Notes under the pieces: generated by a model | What the model saw: only the letters and a program-made list of their open reading frames with translations | The model's database searches: none | Told to the model about the DNA's origin: nothing | Assembly (NCBI RefSeq): GCF_006345805.1 | Contig: NW_021833224.1 | Span: 35,567-99,566 of the forward strand | Reading direction: 5' to 3' | Length of the DNA: 64,000 bases | DNA from: Octopus sinensis | Taxonomy: Eukaryota | Shown here: positions 50,813-64,000 of the stretch, piece by piece | How positions within the stretch are numbered: the stretch's first letter is position 1 | How the letters are laid out: each line of letters opens with the position of its first letter | Program-made: the position numbers and the translations under genes

Positions 50813-53764
50813 ACAATCAGCCATCCCCTGTATATCATCATCTGAAATCCAGATATAAACTGCTATCCTTGAATGCCCGTAGTTTATGCAACAAGGTGCA
50901 TCTTTTTGTCTCCTACGTCAAAAGTATCAACCCAGATTTCATCACAGTCACGGAAACGTAGGCACACTCTGCACTCTGTGATGGAGTTTTCAGCATAGCC
51001 GGCTACAACCTGTTCCGCAAAGACCGCATTAATCGCCGTGGAGCGGGTGTGATGATTTATGTTCGATCAAGTCTATCGACAATCCCCTGTGATGATTTGA
51101 ACCAATCTCAGCAGGAGGTATTTTTCTGCAATGTACACATGACCATGTCAACACTTCTGCTCGGAGTCGTTTACCGTCCTCCAAATTATCGCCAAGACGC
51201 ACAGCTTTTTGATATCCTCAGGGCGGCTGCCATGAAAACAGCCACATATGTGTATGTTGCGGGGGACTTCAATTTCCCTGAGATTGACTGGGAGGCCTTC
51301 CGTTGGCCGCAAAGTGCAGACGTTTTCCTTGAACTGGTGCTGAATTCAAATTGGTCCCAAGTTGTTACCTCCCCCACAAGGGGTAACAACACTTTGGATC
51401 TGCTACTTACCGCTTCTCCTGAAACAATCATTAGTGTCGCTACCGAAGAACCTTTGGGTAACTCTGATCATTCCATGATCGTGGCCGACTTGTCTCTGAT
51501 TGGTTGTAACAAAAAACACAACCATCTTCAGATTGCTCGCTTTGACTGGAATAAAGCAAACTGGAGCTCTTATTGTACTGAGCTGCAACGCCCAAACTGG
51601 CGCGAATTTTATGCCTCTGGAGATGTGGACACTATACTCCAGAACATTCTGAATTCAATATGGGCAGCATGTGCAGCATCAGTACCACACAAGCACAAAA
51701 AACCACCCAATAGTGCAATTTGGGAGACTGCAGCAGTCCGACTTGCCAGGAAAGAACGCCGTAATGCTGAACGGGAATACAAATTGCACAAATCAGAGAG
51801 CAACAGGAAAAAGCGCAATAGGTCAGCCAACCACCTCAAGCAGGTGACAAAAAAGTCAGTGCTTGAATTTGAACAACGCATTGCAGCTAACCCTGACAGC
51901 AAAGGGTTCTGGAAGTATGTGCACTCAAAGCATAGACCCCACTCTCCAGTTGGTCCCCTTCGCAATCCCCACACAGGACAAATTACTGGCAATCCCGAAG
52001 AATGTGCAGAAATCATTGCTGGATGCTATGCCGGCATCTTTACTGTCGAAGATCAAAATGTTCCATCTTCATCACCACTGACATCGGACTCTATATCTTC
52101 TATGCAATTTACACCAGCAATGCTGCAACGCCACCTAAAGAATAAACGCAATTATGCCTCTCCTGGTCTCGATGGTGTTACATACCTACTTCTCAAACGC
52201 GGTGGGTACTTTCTTCTAAGCCAACTTTCTCTATTCTTCCAATTCTGTCTTGACAATGGTGTTACTCCAGAACAGTGGAAAACTGCCAGTGTCATCCCTC
52301 TGTTCAAAAAAGGCGACCGCACATCGCCTGTCAACTATCGCCCCGTCAGTCTTACTAGCTGCATCGCCAAACTGATGGAATCCTGTATCAGAGAAACCCT
52401 CTGGAACTTCTGGAAGTCTCACAGCCTCATCCAGCCGTCACAATTCGGATTTATTCCTAACTCCAGCTGCTGTAATAAGCTCATCGAGTTTCTTGAGGAC
52501 GTTACCCAAATCACTGATCGCGGATCCTGGGTGGATGTTGTTTACCTGGACTTTGCTAAGGCTTTTAACTCTGTGCCACACAAAAGACTTATGGTGAAGC
52601 TTTCTGCGTTGGGTGTAAGAGACGAACTCTATAACTGGTTAAAGTCCTTTATTTTCGGCCGAAAAGAGGTTGTCACAGTTCTAGGACAGCACTCTTTGCC
52701 CTAGAAGATGACATCTGGTGTGTCGCAAGGATCTGTTCTTGGCCCCCTTTTATTTGTTGCATATGTTAATGACATAGATGCCAACTTAAAGAATGCCACA
52801 GTGCTGAAATATGCAGATGACATCAAGCTGTACCTCGAAATAAAGAGGTCAGATCCTGTACACTATGAATCTCTATTGCAAGCAGACCTGGACACAATGC
52901 AGCAGTGGATCATGGACTGGCAACTCAAGCTGGCTGTGGACAAATGTACCACCATGCATTTTGGGAGGAGAAACCCAGCGTCCACCTACTCCCTCCACAA
53001 CACTAGTCTCAAAAATTCTTCAAGTGAACGTGACCTGGGTGTTATTGTCGACAGTGATTTGCGTTGGACAAAACACATCGCTAAAATTGTCAAGAAGGCT
53101 GAGGGTGTCTTGGCATCACTCACCAAATCCTTTGTGAGCCGCTCTCCGGCTATCTATCTGCGGCTTTATATAGCTATGGTAAGACCTCACCTGGAATTTG
53201 CATCACCGGTCTGGAACCCCTATCTTGCCCAGGACATCAATCGTCTGGAAGCCGTTCAGCGACGTGCAACCAAAAGAATACCCTCCATCAGGCATTTGCC
53301 ATATCCTGAACGCCTTACTTCCCTGGGCATGGACACATTGAAACTCCGACGTCTGGCAGCTGACTTGGCAGACACCCATGTTAAAATTATAAACCATCGC
53401 ACAAACAATAACTCTGAGCACCTCTTCAAACTCCACCCATCTAACACCCGTGGACATATTTACAAAGTAAGAAAACAGCACAGTTCCCATGACTTCAGGA
53501 AACATTTTTTCACGCTGAGAGTTGCTGAAGCATGGAACAAACTGCCGGCATCGGTTGTTAGTTGTCGGAGCACTGCATCCTTCAAAACTTCCATGCTTCC
53601 TGAGATTCGCCAACACTACACTTGATTTTCTCCCCTCCATACACACACAAGCATGTATCTGACTCATACACTGTTCACTTTCCAGACATTTCTACATTAC
53701 TGCATGTACTTTATATGCACTTTCTGACAAGTTGTGGTGCACCTGAGCACTGTATACAATAATT

Positions 53765-53802
<38 letters not shown>

Positions 53803-53803
53803 T
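50813..53803 (+). mobile_element. Young CR1-group LINE, ORF2 almost intact (APE plus RT), (TTA)n tail
   Basis: One frame from LLSLNARSL through VYRPP, GDFNFP, SDH, YLDFAKAF, GVSQGSVLGP and KYADD to a stop at 53625, broken only by TAG at 50959 and 52702. AAGA flanks both ends (50809-50812, 53804-53807). Confidence 0.95.
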
Positions 53804-53854
53804 AAGATGAGGACAAATATCCGTCGAATGTAAATAATGTAAATAATGTTAGCC

Positions 53855-56350
53855 TAATAGTTTCTAGTGAGCAAGCTTTGATCTTGTATCGCCAATATGA
53901 AACCTTCAGTCCCTGCTTTCAGCCCTGAGCTTCTCAGCTACTGATGGTATATACCAGTATTTCGGCTTCGAAGTATATACCATCCATGCAGGGGCTTCTC
54001 GCTCCACTGCTCCTCAATTTTTTTCTGTCTATTCTTTTGTGCAGTCTGATTGATTCGTTTTAATTATTTGGTGGAAATGGTTACAGGTTCTTCATCTAAT
54101 TCAGAGTTGATGCCTAGTTTCCTTGCGAATGTGTGCAAGCTTCCTTGACAATAGAGCGTGTTTTTTGTTTACTGTTTTCTTGTTTGCACGAAATAAATAC
54201 TTGTTCATTGCTATAGTGGAGGTCTTATAGCACAGTTCTACCTACATCGTTCTTCTTCCCCCATTACTTCTAGGTATGTACAGACGATCAACGTCTGTTT
54301 TGAGATTGTGTATATTTTTAGATATTAGTAGTTTTCTTGTCTTTCTGTTCAGGTGTAGGAACTCTGTTAGATTCCAGTTAATGATGTTAAAACTGTATTG
54401 GACTACTGGAAGTGTTAGGGTGTTAATGGCTTCGTGATTTTTCGAGTTCAGTTCAGTTTTCAGTATGTCATTCTCTAGAAGTACTCCTTTCTTATTTTTT
54501 TCTTCATGGTAATATGCTGTACACCATCTCCTTCTTTTATCCCCAACTTTCTTGTGGGTCAAGTTCCTTGATGATAGCGACGTTATCAAATTTAATGGTA
54601 TGTTTGTTTGAGCTTGCCTCTGACAAAAGTTGCTTTAGCACATTTATCAAGGCCGAAATCCATCCCGACATCATTGCTAAACTTTTTAACAGTTGTTCAC
54701 AGCCCTACTCGCCTTTCTTCATCATCTCTAGCAAACAAATTCAGATTGTCAAAATAAAACAGTTAATTATAGTGTTTTAAACTTTGTACCTGGTGTTATT
54801 CAGTTCGTTTGAGAGTGGGATCAGTGGCATGCAAAGGAGTAATAGAGCGAGGGAGTCACCTTGAAAGATGTATCGTTTGATGTTGTTAAATCATTCGCCT
54901 TATTTCTTGAGAGTTGTCTAAGAGCAAAGTTATATATCATGGTTATGTTGTTTACTTTTTATGCCGTTTGAGAACTTTGCCAGTGGTTCTCTATTGATCA
55001 TGTCAGTAAACTCAATCTTGCTGAGTTCTCCTTTAACTTCAGTTGCTTCTATGATCTTTTCTTTATTATTCACCTCAAATTCCGTGTAACATCTATTCTG
55101 GTGTTCTTGAGGAAGGTCTACTTTCTCCTTTTTTCCGCATATCTGTTCTTTGCTATTCTTCAGCTCCCTCGTTGGGATGTACTGCTCGTACACTGGGTTC
55201 TGTTCATATGTTACCTATTTCATCTGCATTGTTGCTATTTTCATTTGGTCTACTATGAGATATTTGTATCTTAATTTTGTTAATTTCAGCATCAGTTAAC
55301 CTTTTATTCTTAATGATGTCTCTGCGTAAATTACTTAATTTATTTGCATCTATATATCTACGTACTTCATATGTCTTAAGATCTGTCTAAGAGCAATATT
55401 ACATATCATGAGTAGTTGGGGATTTTTTTAATGTTGTTTGAGAGCTTTAGTAGCGGTTATCTATTGAACATGTCAGAAAACTCAGTCTTGCTAAGATTCT
55501 CTCATAAAATCTTATTTTGCTTCTATGATCTTTCTTTTATTATTCACCTCAAATTCTGTGCCATACCTATTCTGGTGTTCTTAAGATAAGTCTACTTTCT
55601 CTTCTTTTTCCGCATACCTCTTCGCTATTTTTTCTTCTGCTTCCTCGCTGGGAAGAACTGCTCGTACATTGGGTTCTGTGCATCTGTTACCTATTTCATC
55701 TACATTGTTGCTGCTTTTATTGGTCTGCCAGGAGATATTTGTCTCCTAATTTGGCTAATTTCAGCGCCAGTTAAACTATTATTCTAATTATTCTCTACGT
55801 ACATTACTTAATTCATTTGCCTCAATATGTCTGCGTAAATCGTTGCCTACTAAGTTTTCCCATGAAGTCTATGTTTGTACAATGCAATTATAGTAAGGTT
55901 TTTGTTGCGCTGTAAAGAAAGCTTTCAACACATCTCTATAATCCTCTCTAGTCCATTTTATCCGTTTTGCTTTAGATGGTGATTTTGGTACTGTCACTAC
56001 AGGTCTAGGGTTAGGGTTATCCTGGTTCTGGTTACTAGTAGTTCAATTTTTTTGAGAGCTTGTTCCAGCAGAAGACTTCTCGACACCAGTCTAGTTCCCC
56101 ACTGGATAACGCGGTCCTTGTCCCGGGCGATGACCGATCCGGCATTAGTTTTGACTTGTCATTAAAGCATTGACAGTGACAATAAGAGACAGGTGTGTTT
56201 GTTCAAGGTTGACTTTTTGACATGTCACCCTTTCCTTGTTCTTCCAATGAATATATTTATCGTGCTGTAGGCTGATAGATCGGAATTCGCCTCTACATTT
56301 TTGGTAACTGTTTCCGAGCATAACTGTTTTAAAGTGACTAAGTTGCGCCT
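53855..56350 (-). mobile_element. R4/Dong-type non-LTR retrotransposon, internally deleted, with internal duplication
   Basis: Minus-strand KRIKWTREDYRDVL N-terminal domain, IFQGDSL, ILKTELNSKN, DVDRLYIPRSNGGR, QWYLRSSGL-like; 5' end abuts (ATT)n. Confidence 0.82.
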
Positions 56351-56373
56351 TTTATTATTATTATTATTATTAC

Positions 56374-56420
<47 letters not shown>

Positions 56421-56441
56421 TATTATTATTATTATTATTAA

Positions 56442-56518
<77 letters not shown>

Positions 56519-57143
56519 CATCATCATCATCATTATTATTATTTCTACTACTACTACTATTATTATTATCATTATTGAATGAGAGAGTAGCGCATGCCAT
56601 CAAAACGATACTGGGATAAAATATACGAAGCCCAGTATACCCAACATGACCTTCTGTCTGATACATGCCTCACAACTATATGTGCGCGACATGGTAAGCT
56701 CATGTCAAAATAAACAGCTCATGACCTTGCAGGTGAGGCCCAGTTAGAATTTTCTATAGAGATATTGCAATCCATGTGTTTACATTTTCACGCACGTGTT
56801 GTGGTGGCGGCGTATCTGAGGGAAATTATTTTTTGTATATATATATACTCCAGTTTCCTGAGATGGCTTACATAAGAATATAGCTTCCTTTCATTATTTT
56901 TGTGGACTCTTAATTCCTGGTTCGTGATGGTTCCAGATTTGATCTAATCTTCCCGGCAGTTCGGTGTCACACGTCCATGCTGCTTGCTATTCGCTGCGGT
57001 ATCTTTCGTATTCATAATAATAATAATTAAAAAATAATAATAATAATAATAATAAAATAATAATAATAATAATAATAATTAAAATAATAATAATGATAAT
57101 GATAATAATAATAATAATTAAAATAATAATAATAATAATAATA

Positions 57144-57194
<51 letters not shown>

Positions 57195-57317
57195 CATCAT
57201 CATCATTATTATTATTATTATTTTTTTGTTGTTGTTGTTGTTATTATTATTATTATTATTGTTGTTGTTATTATTATTATTATTATTATTATATTATTAT
57301 TATTATTATTATTATTA

Positions 57318-57681
57318 TCCCTCTATATATAAACGGCAAAATGTCTGTATGTGTACTCTTTATACAAATCCACAATTTTTCAGTAAGAGGGCTCGCACTT
57401 TCTATGGCCATTCAAAACCGTCCAAGGGTGGTCGTGCAGATCTTTAAATTTCCCCAGTCACCCCGCAAAGCCATTAAAAAATCAATAGAAGTGACATTTT
57501 GGGGAATTTTCTATCCAAAACCCAATCAAAATGCCCGAAACTTGATACGCCAATTAAATGCCAGCTAGCTGTATGTGATTGGTCGGAGATTTGGACAGTA
57601 CTCGCGTGTATGTTTGCACGCACGCAGCTGTATATGCATGCACTAGCACTATGACCCGATGTTGCCGGGTTGTAGTGTTAG
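57318..57681 (+). mobile_element. Non-autonomous Helitron (family of 26507-27221)
   Basis: A|TCCCTCTATATAT 5' end; shared body tatacaaatccacaatttttcag; 3' hairpin then TTAG|T (CTAG variant). Confidence 0.78.
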
Positions 57682-57694
57682 TTATTATTATTTT

Positions 57695-57930
57695 TTTTTT
57701 TTCTTCTTTCAAATTTGCTTCCATTTCTTGCCGAGTGTCTTCCCGACTCCTAGGGCAAAGAAACTCATAGTATACATTGGTAGGCCATTAAACCAAACTC
57801 AATAGTTCGTTCATTTGTTTTGTTTTTTTTAAGTTAAATTAAAATACATGAGCAGCAACAGTTCTCACATCGACAATGCTCTTCTCAATACGTGTGATTT
57901 AACTGGTCTTAACACGAACCGCGCCATTTC
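57695..57930 (-). mobile_element. REL-LINE-derived 3' end fragment
   Basis: Minus-strand ...SHVLRRALSM* followed by a UTR; flanked by ATT repeats. Confidence 0.55.
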
Positions 57931-57934
57931 TATT

Positions 57935-58026
<92 letters not shown>

Positions 58027-58027
58027 G

Positions 58028-58094
<67 letters not shown>

Positions 58095-58159
58095 CATCAT
58101 TATTATTATTATTACATCTTTACCCAATACTTCTATCAAATTATTATTCTCATTAAAAA

Positions 58160-58377
58160 TAGCTGCGAGCTGGCATAATCGTTAGCACAACGTGCAAAAG
58201 AAATGGTTAGCACCATTTCATCTGTTTTTACATTTTCAGTTCAAATTTCGCCGAGGGCCATTTCGCCCTTTATCCTTTTAGGGTCGATAAAGTACGTGCC
58301 AGTTGAGTACTGACGGCGATATCATCCTCTTAGTCCCTCCCACAAATTTTCAAGCTTTGTATCTCCAGCAGAAAGTA
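58160..58377 (+). mobile_element. tRNA-derived SINE (family of 5374-5603), diverged
   Basis: gcgagctggcataatcgttagc...agttcaaatttcgccgagg...gggtcgataaa. Confidence 0.75.
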
Positions 58378-58482
58378 TAATTTCTCATTAATCTACACAA
58401 TAAAACACTTCACCATAAAAGCACCCCATCACAGTTATGAAAACCGAAAAAAAACGTTCATTTATCTGTTTTATTCATTCAG

Positions 58483-58713
58483 GAAAATGTCCCGTGGATT
58501 TCGTTTACAACGGTTATCTTCCTTCTAACAATGATTTGGGTATCACTTATACTCAGAATTATACACAGTGTTTCAAAAAATGTGAAGCGGAACCAAAATG
58601 TCAGTCATCCGAATACTCCTTGGACACAACAGAATGCCGAACGTCAGCTGCGAATCATACTACCATGAATTTGAAGTTCTGGGGAAGTGAACTTTACGCT
58701 GATATAGACAAAA
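58483..58713 (+). CDS. Gene B exon encoding PAN/apple domain 2 (gene probably continues beyond the window)
   Basis: ttttattcattcAG acceptor and A|GTAAGT donor, 231 nt, phase 1-1. Encodes GKCPVDF...NYTQCFKKCEAEPKCQSSEY...CRTS. Confidence 0.88.
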
Positions 58714-58774
58714 GTAAGTGCAGATTTGTTTTATGATGCTAGGGACTTTCAGTCACATTCTGATTAGACAATGT

Positions 58775-59040
58775 GAAGGCGTATGTCTTAGTTCTCTGAT
58801 TAGACAGAGTTGTTCACATATTTGGCAGAGGATTGCAAGGTTGTGTGTTCAATTCCTGGCGACGCGTTGTATCTTTGAGCAAGACACTTTATTTGACGTT
58901 GCGTCAGTCCACTCAGCTGTCAAAAGTGAGTAGTACATTATTTCAAAGACCCAGCCTGTGTCACGCTGAATCTCCTTGACATTTACGTTAAGGGTACACG
59001 TGCCTGTGGAGTACTTAGCAACTTGCACATTAATTTCATA
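58775..59040 (+). mobile_element. SINE-like element
   Basis: B-box-like GTTCAATTCC followed by a ttgagcaagacactt core. Confidence 0.55.
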
Positions 59041-59094
59041 TATATGCATATATATATGTGTGTGTGTGCGTGTGTGTGTGTGTGTGTATGTATG

Positions 59095-59127
<33 letters not shown>

Positions 59128-59344
59128 GTATATAGATAGATAGATATTATTATTATTATTATTATTTGATTGGACGCCACACATCCTATTTATCTTATTA
59201 TTTTTGATGCGACTCTACCCTATGCTGTTCTCTCTCTCTTTTCTCTCTCTCTCTCTTTTCTCTCTCTCTCTCATCCTTCCTCTAATTCCTTTTTCTCCCC
59301 TTTACCGTTTTCTTTCTATCTGTCTCTCTCTCCCTCTTACCTTT

Positions 59345-59384
<40 letters not shown>

Positions 59385-59917
59385 GCTCACACGTGACCAT
59401 CGTCCATCTTTTTTCCTCACATGATCATTTTTCTTTTCTTTCAGGGCTGTCGTAGAGACTGCACGTATCCTATCTGTCTCTCTCTTCTATCTTTTCTCTT
59501 GCCAAAGAAAATATTTCTCCAGCGTTCGCTATTTTACCTTCGTCTGGTCTAACAACCCTCCATGTTGTTTTCGTTCGGTTTCCTTGTACGTCTCAACTCT
59601 CCTGTTTTTGTTACCAGCCTTGACCACCCCGCAAACCCCAAATTTCATTTTGGTACTTATGAGAGCAGCTGCCTTCGAAGATTCATATTGTCGTTCAATG
59701 CTCGAAATGAGAAGATGGACAGCCGACAACTGATGAAGGGTCGTTCTTTATGTTACGTGTTCTGTTTTCCATTTTTTTCAGTTGTTGTTTGCGTATTCAA
59801 CTCTTTTGTTTTCGGATTTCCTGTTGTTTACGGTTTGTGACGTCCTGTACCCATATATGCATATATAATTATATATATATATATACATATATATATATAC
59901 ATACATACATACATACA

Positions 59918-59953
<36 letters not shown>

Positions 59954-59987
59954 TATAATATATATATATATATATTATATATATATA

Positions 59988-60219
59988 TTGGGTTGGTGCA
60001 TAATTATTGCGGCTTTTTTCGACAAATTTTATTCAACAAAAACAATAACAACATGAAACAAAAACAAGTTTAAACGATTCACCATATTCTCCATCTACTT
60101 CAACTACCACTTCCCATTTGCTTGGCAGACCGTCAGACCGTCATTTAAAGCTGTTTTTCTTGTTGATTTGTTGAATAAAATTTGTTGAAAAGAGCCGCAG
60201 TAATTATGCACCAATCCAA
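59988..60219. mobile_element. Mariner-derived MITE
   Basis: TIRs TTGGGTTGGTGCATAATTATTGCGGCTTTT / AAGAGCCGCAGTAATTATGCACCAATCCAA with TA on both flanks; minus-strand transposase C-terminus LPSKWEVVVEVDGEY. Confidence 0.88.
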
Positions 60220-60766
60220 TATTATTTATATTATTTTTGATTGAACGTCACGCATCCCTTTCCAAGTATATATATGGGGTTTTGAGGCTTTGCATGCTGA
60301 CTACTTGATAAATTCTTATAAAGATTTTATCCTATTTTAAATTTTAAATTTTACCGAATATATTCAGTGCTGAATTATTCTGAATGTACACGTGTACCGA
60401 AATATAATTCGAAAAACCCACCTCTTACATAGATACATACTAGTTAACAACTTTAATGTGCTACGTTGGATACATTTGGTGTTCGTCTGGTATGTCGATT
60501 TTTGTTCATTTTTATGTGCCTTGATTATACTTGCACTGACGGTTATAAAGTGCATTTTGTGAACTAATTGAAATCATATGATATGCAGTTGAATCTGTTT
60601 TTAAGGATCTCGCTTCAAGAGGTGCACTCCCTGGTGTTCGGTATAATATATTTATTATGGTAGTTTTGACTTTAAAGGAATGAATTATAATTTTTCCCTT
60701 TTTTAGGCTTTTCACGTTGACTACTTGATAAATTCTTACGAAGATTTTATCGTATATATATATACA

Positions 60767-60815
<49 letters not shown>

Positions 60816-61139
60816 ATGCATGTATGTATAAGCATGTGTTTATGTACTTTGTGTGTATCAGTATATACTTTGTGCGTATCAGTATATAGTTTTTATACAT
60901 GTATACGCATATGGGTTCGACTAAAAGACAGCTTCATGTTAGAGGAAAATTAGCATCCCCGCAAGGCCACACCACCCAGTGCCGTGTTGACACACGACCA
61001 ACAATGTGGTGAGGATTTCTCCCCCCTTATAATATTGGGGAACAGACCCAGGACAGCAGGACAGATGTAGTGAACACCAAGCCTTAACCACCGGAATGGG
61101 TTCGAAGGCTAGAAGCACATCTAGCTCGGCTGATTATTT

Positions 61140-61616
61140 CCTACTTTAGCTTATATTTCTTGTTTTTATCTTTTATATCCCATATTAAACTGCTTAAGCT
61201 GGTGCTAGCTATTTTATTTTTTGCTTTAAAGGTGCTTTCATGGTAGGCTATTCTGCTTTTTATGTAATTTTCAGTGGATCCTATGTAGTAATAATTTTGT
61301 CCTTCCGATTCTACCTCACACCTATAAATTAAATTTTTGTATTTGCACAAGTTTCGTAACGAGCAATGGTTTTTAAATTTACAATCGGTACATTCATTTT
61401 CAGTTTCCCTTTCAATAAAGCTATGCTCATTTTCCCCATCTATAGTGTTATTTCCATTTTGTTTATCTGCAATGTTTTGATTCGTAACCATGGGTTCTTT
61501 CTTTTGGCTACTCCGATTCTTATTTGTTTTTATATTTGGTATTTATATATATTTTGTGTTCATTACTTCTGTTATAATTATTTTCATATTTTCCGGTTTA
61601 TTGCTAATGTTATTAC

Positions 61617-61661
<45 letters not shown>

Positions 61662-62110
61662 GTGTTTTTTTTCTCATTTTAGGTTGCGAGCTTAAATTTT
61701 TTCCTATCCAATTGGTGGACACTACGGGTTACCTCCTTTCCTTTACGAGTTGTATTTTCCAAATTTTCTTTATTATCAGCAACATTATGATCAACAAGCA
61801 GTTTATCAGGACTGTTCTTACTTCTATTACTATAGAAATCATTCAGTATATTATTATTCAGTGCAGATATAATTTAAAATAATCTTATTGTAGGTTTATT
61901 GAATTTATATATGGGGTGTAGCATTTTATTGTGTTTTTATGGGCCCTTTTTGCCATTTGTGTCAGTATATCAATATCAACTTTCCTTATTTCTTTGAGCC
62001 TTTTTAAGCTTCAACCAGTCATATACATGCGATATATTAATTTCTTTTCTTCTTTCAAGAAATACCTGTACTTGACGCTTTTTAATGTGTGGAAAAGTTT
62101 TACACAGAAC
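61140..62110 (-). mobile_element. Penelope-like element remnant (RT C-terminus plus GIY-YIG)
   Basis: CTDCKFKNHCSLRNLCKYKNLIYRC...YYIGST...KSRIAYH...SLSSLIW. Confidence 0.85.
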
Positions 62111-62119
62111 TAATACCAC

Positions 62120-62285
62120 TCTATAAACTACAAAGCATGATCCAAAAAGATAGAAGAGCAAGTCGCAGGTTTTATAGCAGAGTATCCTCCCAGTCCTTGA
62201 CCGATCAAAGGCTAACCTCAAGACAGCGGTGAAGGATTTCACTTCAGAGTTACCTTCTCCTAGATTACCTTCACAAAAGCTTTGT
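62120..62285 (-). mobile_element. RTE-type 5' UTR fragment
   Basis: ttcagagttaccttctcctagattaccttc resembles 3217-3250. Confidence 0.5.
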
Positions 62286-62659
62286 TAAATACTGTAACTC
62301 CATCCACTCCTTATATATTTATACAAACACACACACAAATGTATAGAATACGCATTTTTATTTTAATTTTAAATATAAATGAAATTAAAATACAGATATA
62401 TATATATAAACAAACGAAGGGTATATAAAAGGAATCATTCATAAATATGTATAAATATGTTATATGTTATATATATATATGTACGTATGTGTGTATATAT
62501 ATAAAATAGCGAATATAATAAAATGTAGTAGAATGGAATAGAATATGAAACGAATGAGAATATAAAAATGTTATATATGTGTATAGATATAATATATAGA
62601 ATATAATAGAACGTAATAGATTGTAATAGAATATGAAAATATATAAATCTTTAAATCTT

Positions 62660-63760
62660 TAAAATGTTTCAGCGTCAAAGCTGCGGTCATTCTGGGACAC
62701 CACCTTTGAATGAGCTACACCATTATCTGAAACCTCCTCTGATATGTGGCATTTGATCAATGAAAGAGTTTGATGCTGCAGTCCTCATCTGTGAGGTAGG
62801 CTTATCTGGAACCCTTCACAGGAAGAGATCCATTTTCATTTTGAAGGCACCTACATCCACACCATGTAGGTCTCTCGGGCATTTTGAAAGGGAATTGAAG
62901 AGCTGTGGGCCTTTGAAGCTCAAGCTGTTGCAGTATCTGGTCCTGTATATTGAAGGCAGTATACAGTGGCGCACCGTTCTGCGGTTTGAGTAACTTTCAA
63001 TGCCAAAGTTTGGTGCAAGGCCTTCCAGGATTTTCCACATGAATTCCACTGCGTATATTTCCTGCCTTCGTGCTAGGGAGAAGAGTTTTAATTCTTTCAA
63101 TTTTTCCCAATAGCTGATACGTTGCATTTAGACGATTTTATTAGTGTAGCTTCGGTAGATTGCTTCGAGTTCCGCTGTGAATTTTATATTGTGTGGTGAC
63201 CATATTCCGGAGCAGTAGTCAAAGCGGCTGAGGAGGTATGTCCTCCAAAGGGCAATCAATGTCTCCTTTTCTCTTGTTTTGAAAGTTCGGATGATCCATC
63301 CAGCTATCCGTCTGCATTTTATTATCACATTGGTAATATTCACTGGAAAAGATGCATTATTGCTCATGTCAATGCCGAGGTGTCGCACCGATTTGATTCA
63401 GGGGTTTCAATTCCTCCCGGGCCAGTGTACCCTGTCTGCATGTCGTTTAGCTTCGTGTGCTGGTAGTGTAGGGACTTGAATTTTCCTGTATTAAACTGCA
63501 TGTTGTTGTCCAACTGTATATTGCGTGCAATTCTCGTTACAGATGTGCAATATTTCCTGGGTTTTGCATTGTCTGAGACTTTCGTGTCATCTGCATCGCC
63601 AGCAAGGGTCGCTTGCTATTTGAGCAGCTGTGTGCATGTTTGAGAGGGCCACTATGGATAGCTGTGGAACATCATTTATTATTTGAGTTTCCTTGGCGGT
63701 GGCTCCGTTGGCCACCACTGCCTGGCATCTATCTTTTAGAAAGTCGTGCAATCACTCTAG
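62660..63760 (-). mobile_element. CR1/L2-group LINE 3' fragment (family of 40045-44170)
   Basis: GWIIRTFKTR, FDYCSGIW, YWEKLKELKLFSL, GPQLFNSL; the 3' UTR matches 40045-40200. Confidence 0.88.
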
Positions 63761-64000
63761 TGATTTTAGTTTTGATCTTCTATGCAAATGAAGATATTTG
63801 CTTCGTTTTGCTGCTGTTCTTTCTACGAATGAGAAGATACATTGCGGAACTGTTATTTTAACGAGTTGTATCTATTTATCCCTCACTGAGATGCATCTGT
63901 ACTGCCAGACACTCTTGAACCAGTTCTTAAGTGTGCCACTCGTGAAAGCTCGATGCTAGATGTGTCGAAACAATTGTCGAGATTAATAATTTAAATTCTC

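Larger units (their letters stand above)
50561..53850 (+). mobile_element. tRNA-headed SINE (50561-50812 plus 53804-53850) split by a LINE insertion
   Basis: TGGCATAGTGGTTAAG A box, GTTCGATTCC B box, internal (AAT/AAC)n and a hammerhead-like 3' part; apparently resumes after the LINE with gatgaggacaaatatccg...aatgtaaataatgt. Confidence 0.72.

Noticed and set aside
56003-56018. Telomere-like CTAGGGTTAGGGTTA
   Set aside because: Only about two units, within the LINE coding region (minus-strand NPNPR).
59725-59760. CTGATGA hammerhead box
   Set aside because: No downstream stem II and GAAA box.

Overview
AT-rich eukaryotic DNA dense in microsatellites. The repeat content (tRNA-derived SINEs, RTE, CR1/L2 and R4/Dong LINEs, Penelope remnants, Helitrons) resembles an octopod cephalopod genome; that assignment is inferred, not proven. 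Most ORF-track entries are microsatellite translations or transposon fragments. Hidden among the repeats are two tandem, same-strand paralogous host genes for predicted secreted multi-PAN/apple-domain proteins, rebuilt by hand from small exons joined only by phase-1 introns. Gene A: 8599 or 24887 to 39198. Gene B: 47254 to beyond 58713, probably running off the window. The paralogs are mosaic: the micro-exon/PAN1 block is recently shared (about 73% aa identity, almost all changes non-synonymous), PAN2 is only about 40% identical, and the candidate first exons are unrelated. Gene A's last PAN exon has a 1-nt frameshift. Also present: several minimal Penelope-type hammerhead ribozyme motifs (one inside a tRNA-SINE), a conserved and probably structured 5' module on two rearranged RTE LINEs, a near-intact young CR1-type LINE, a decayed full Rep/Hel Helitron, a DD37D transposon, and an intronic 32-bp minisatellite carrying AP-1/ARE motifs. 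All coordinates and counts were read by eye.
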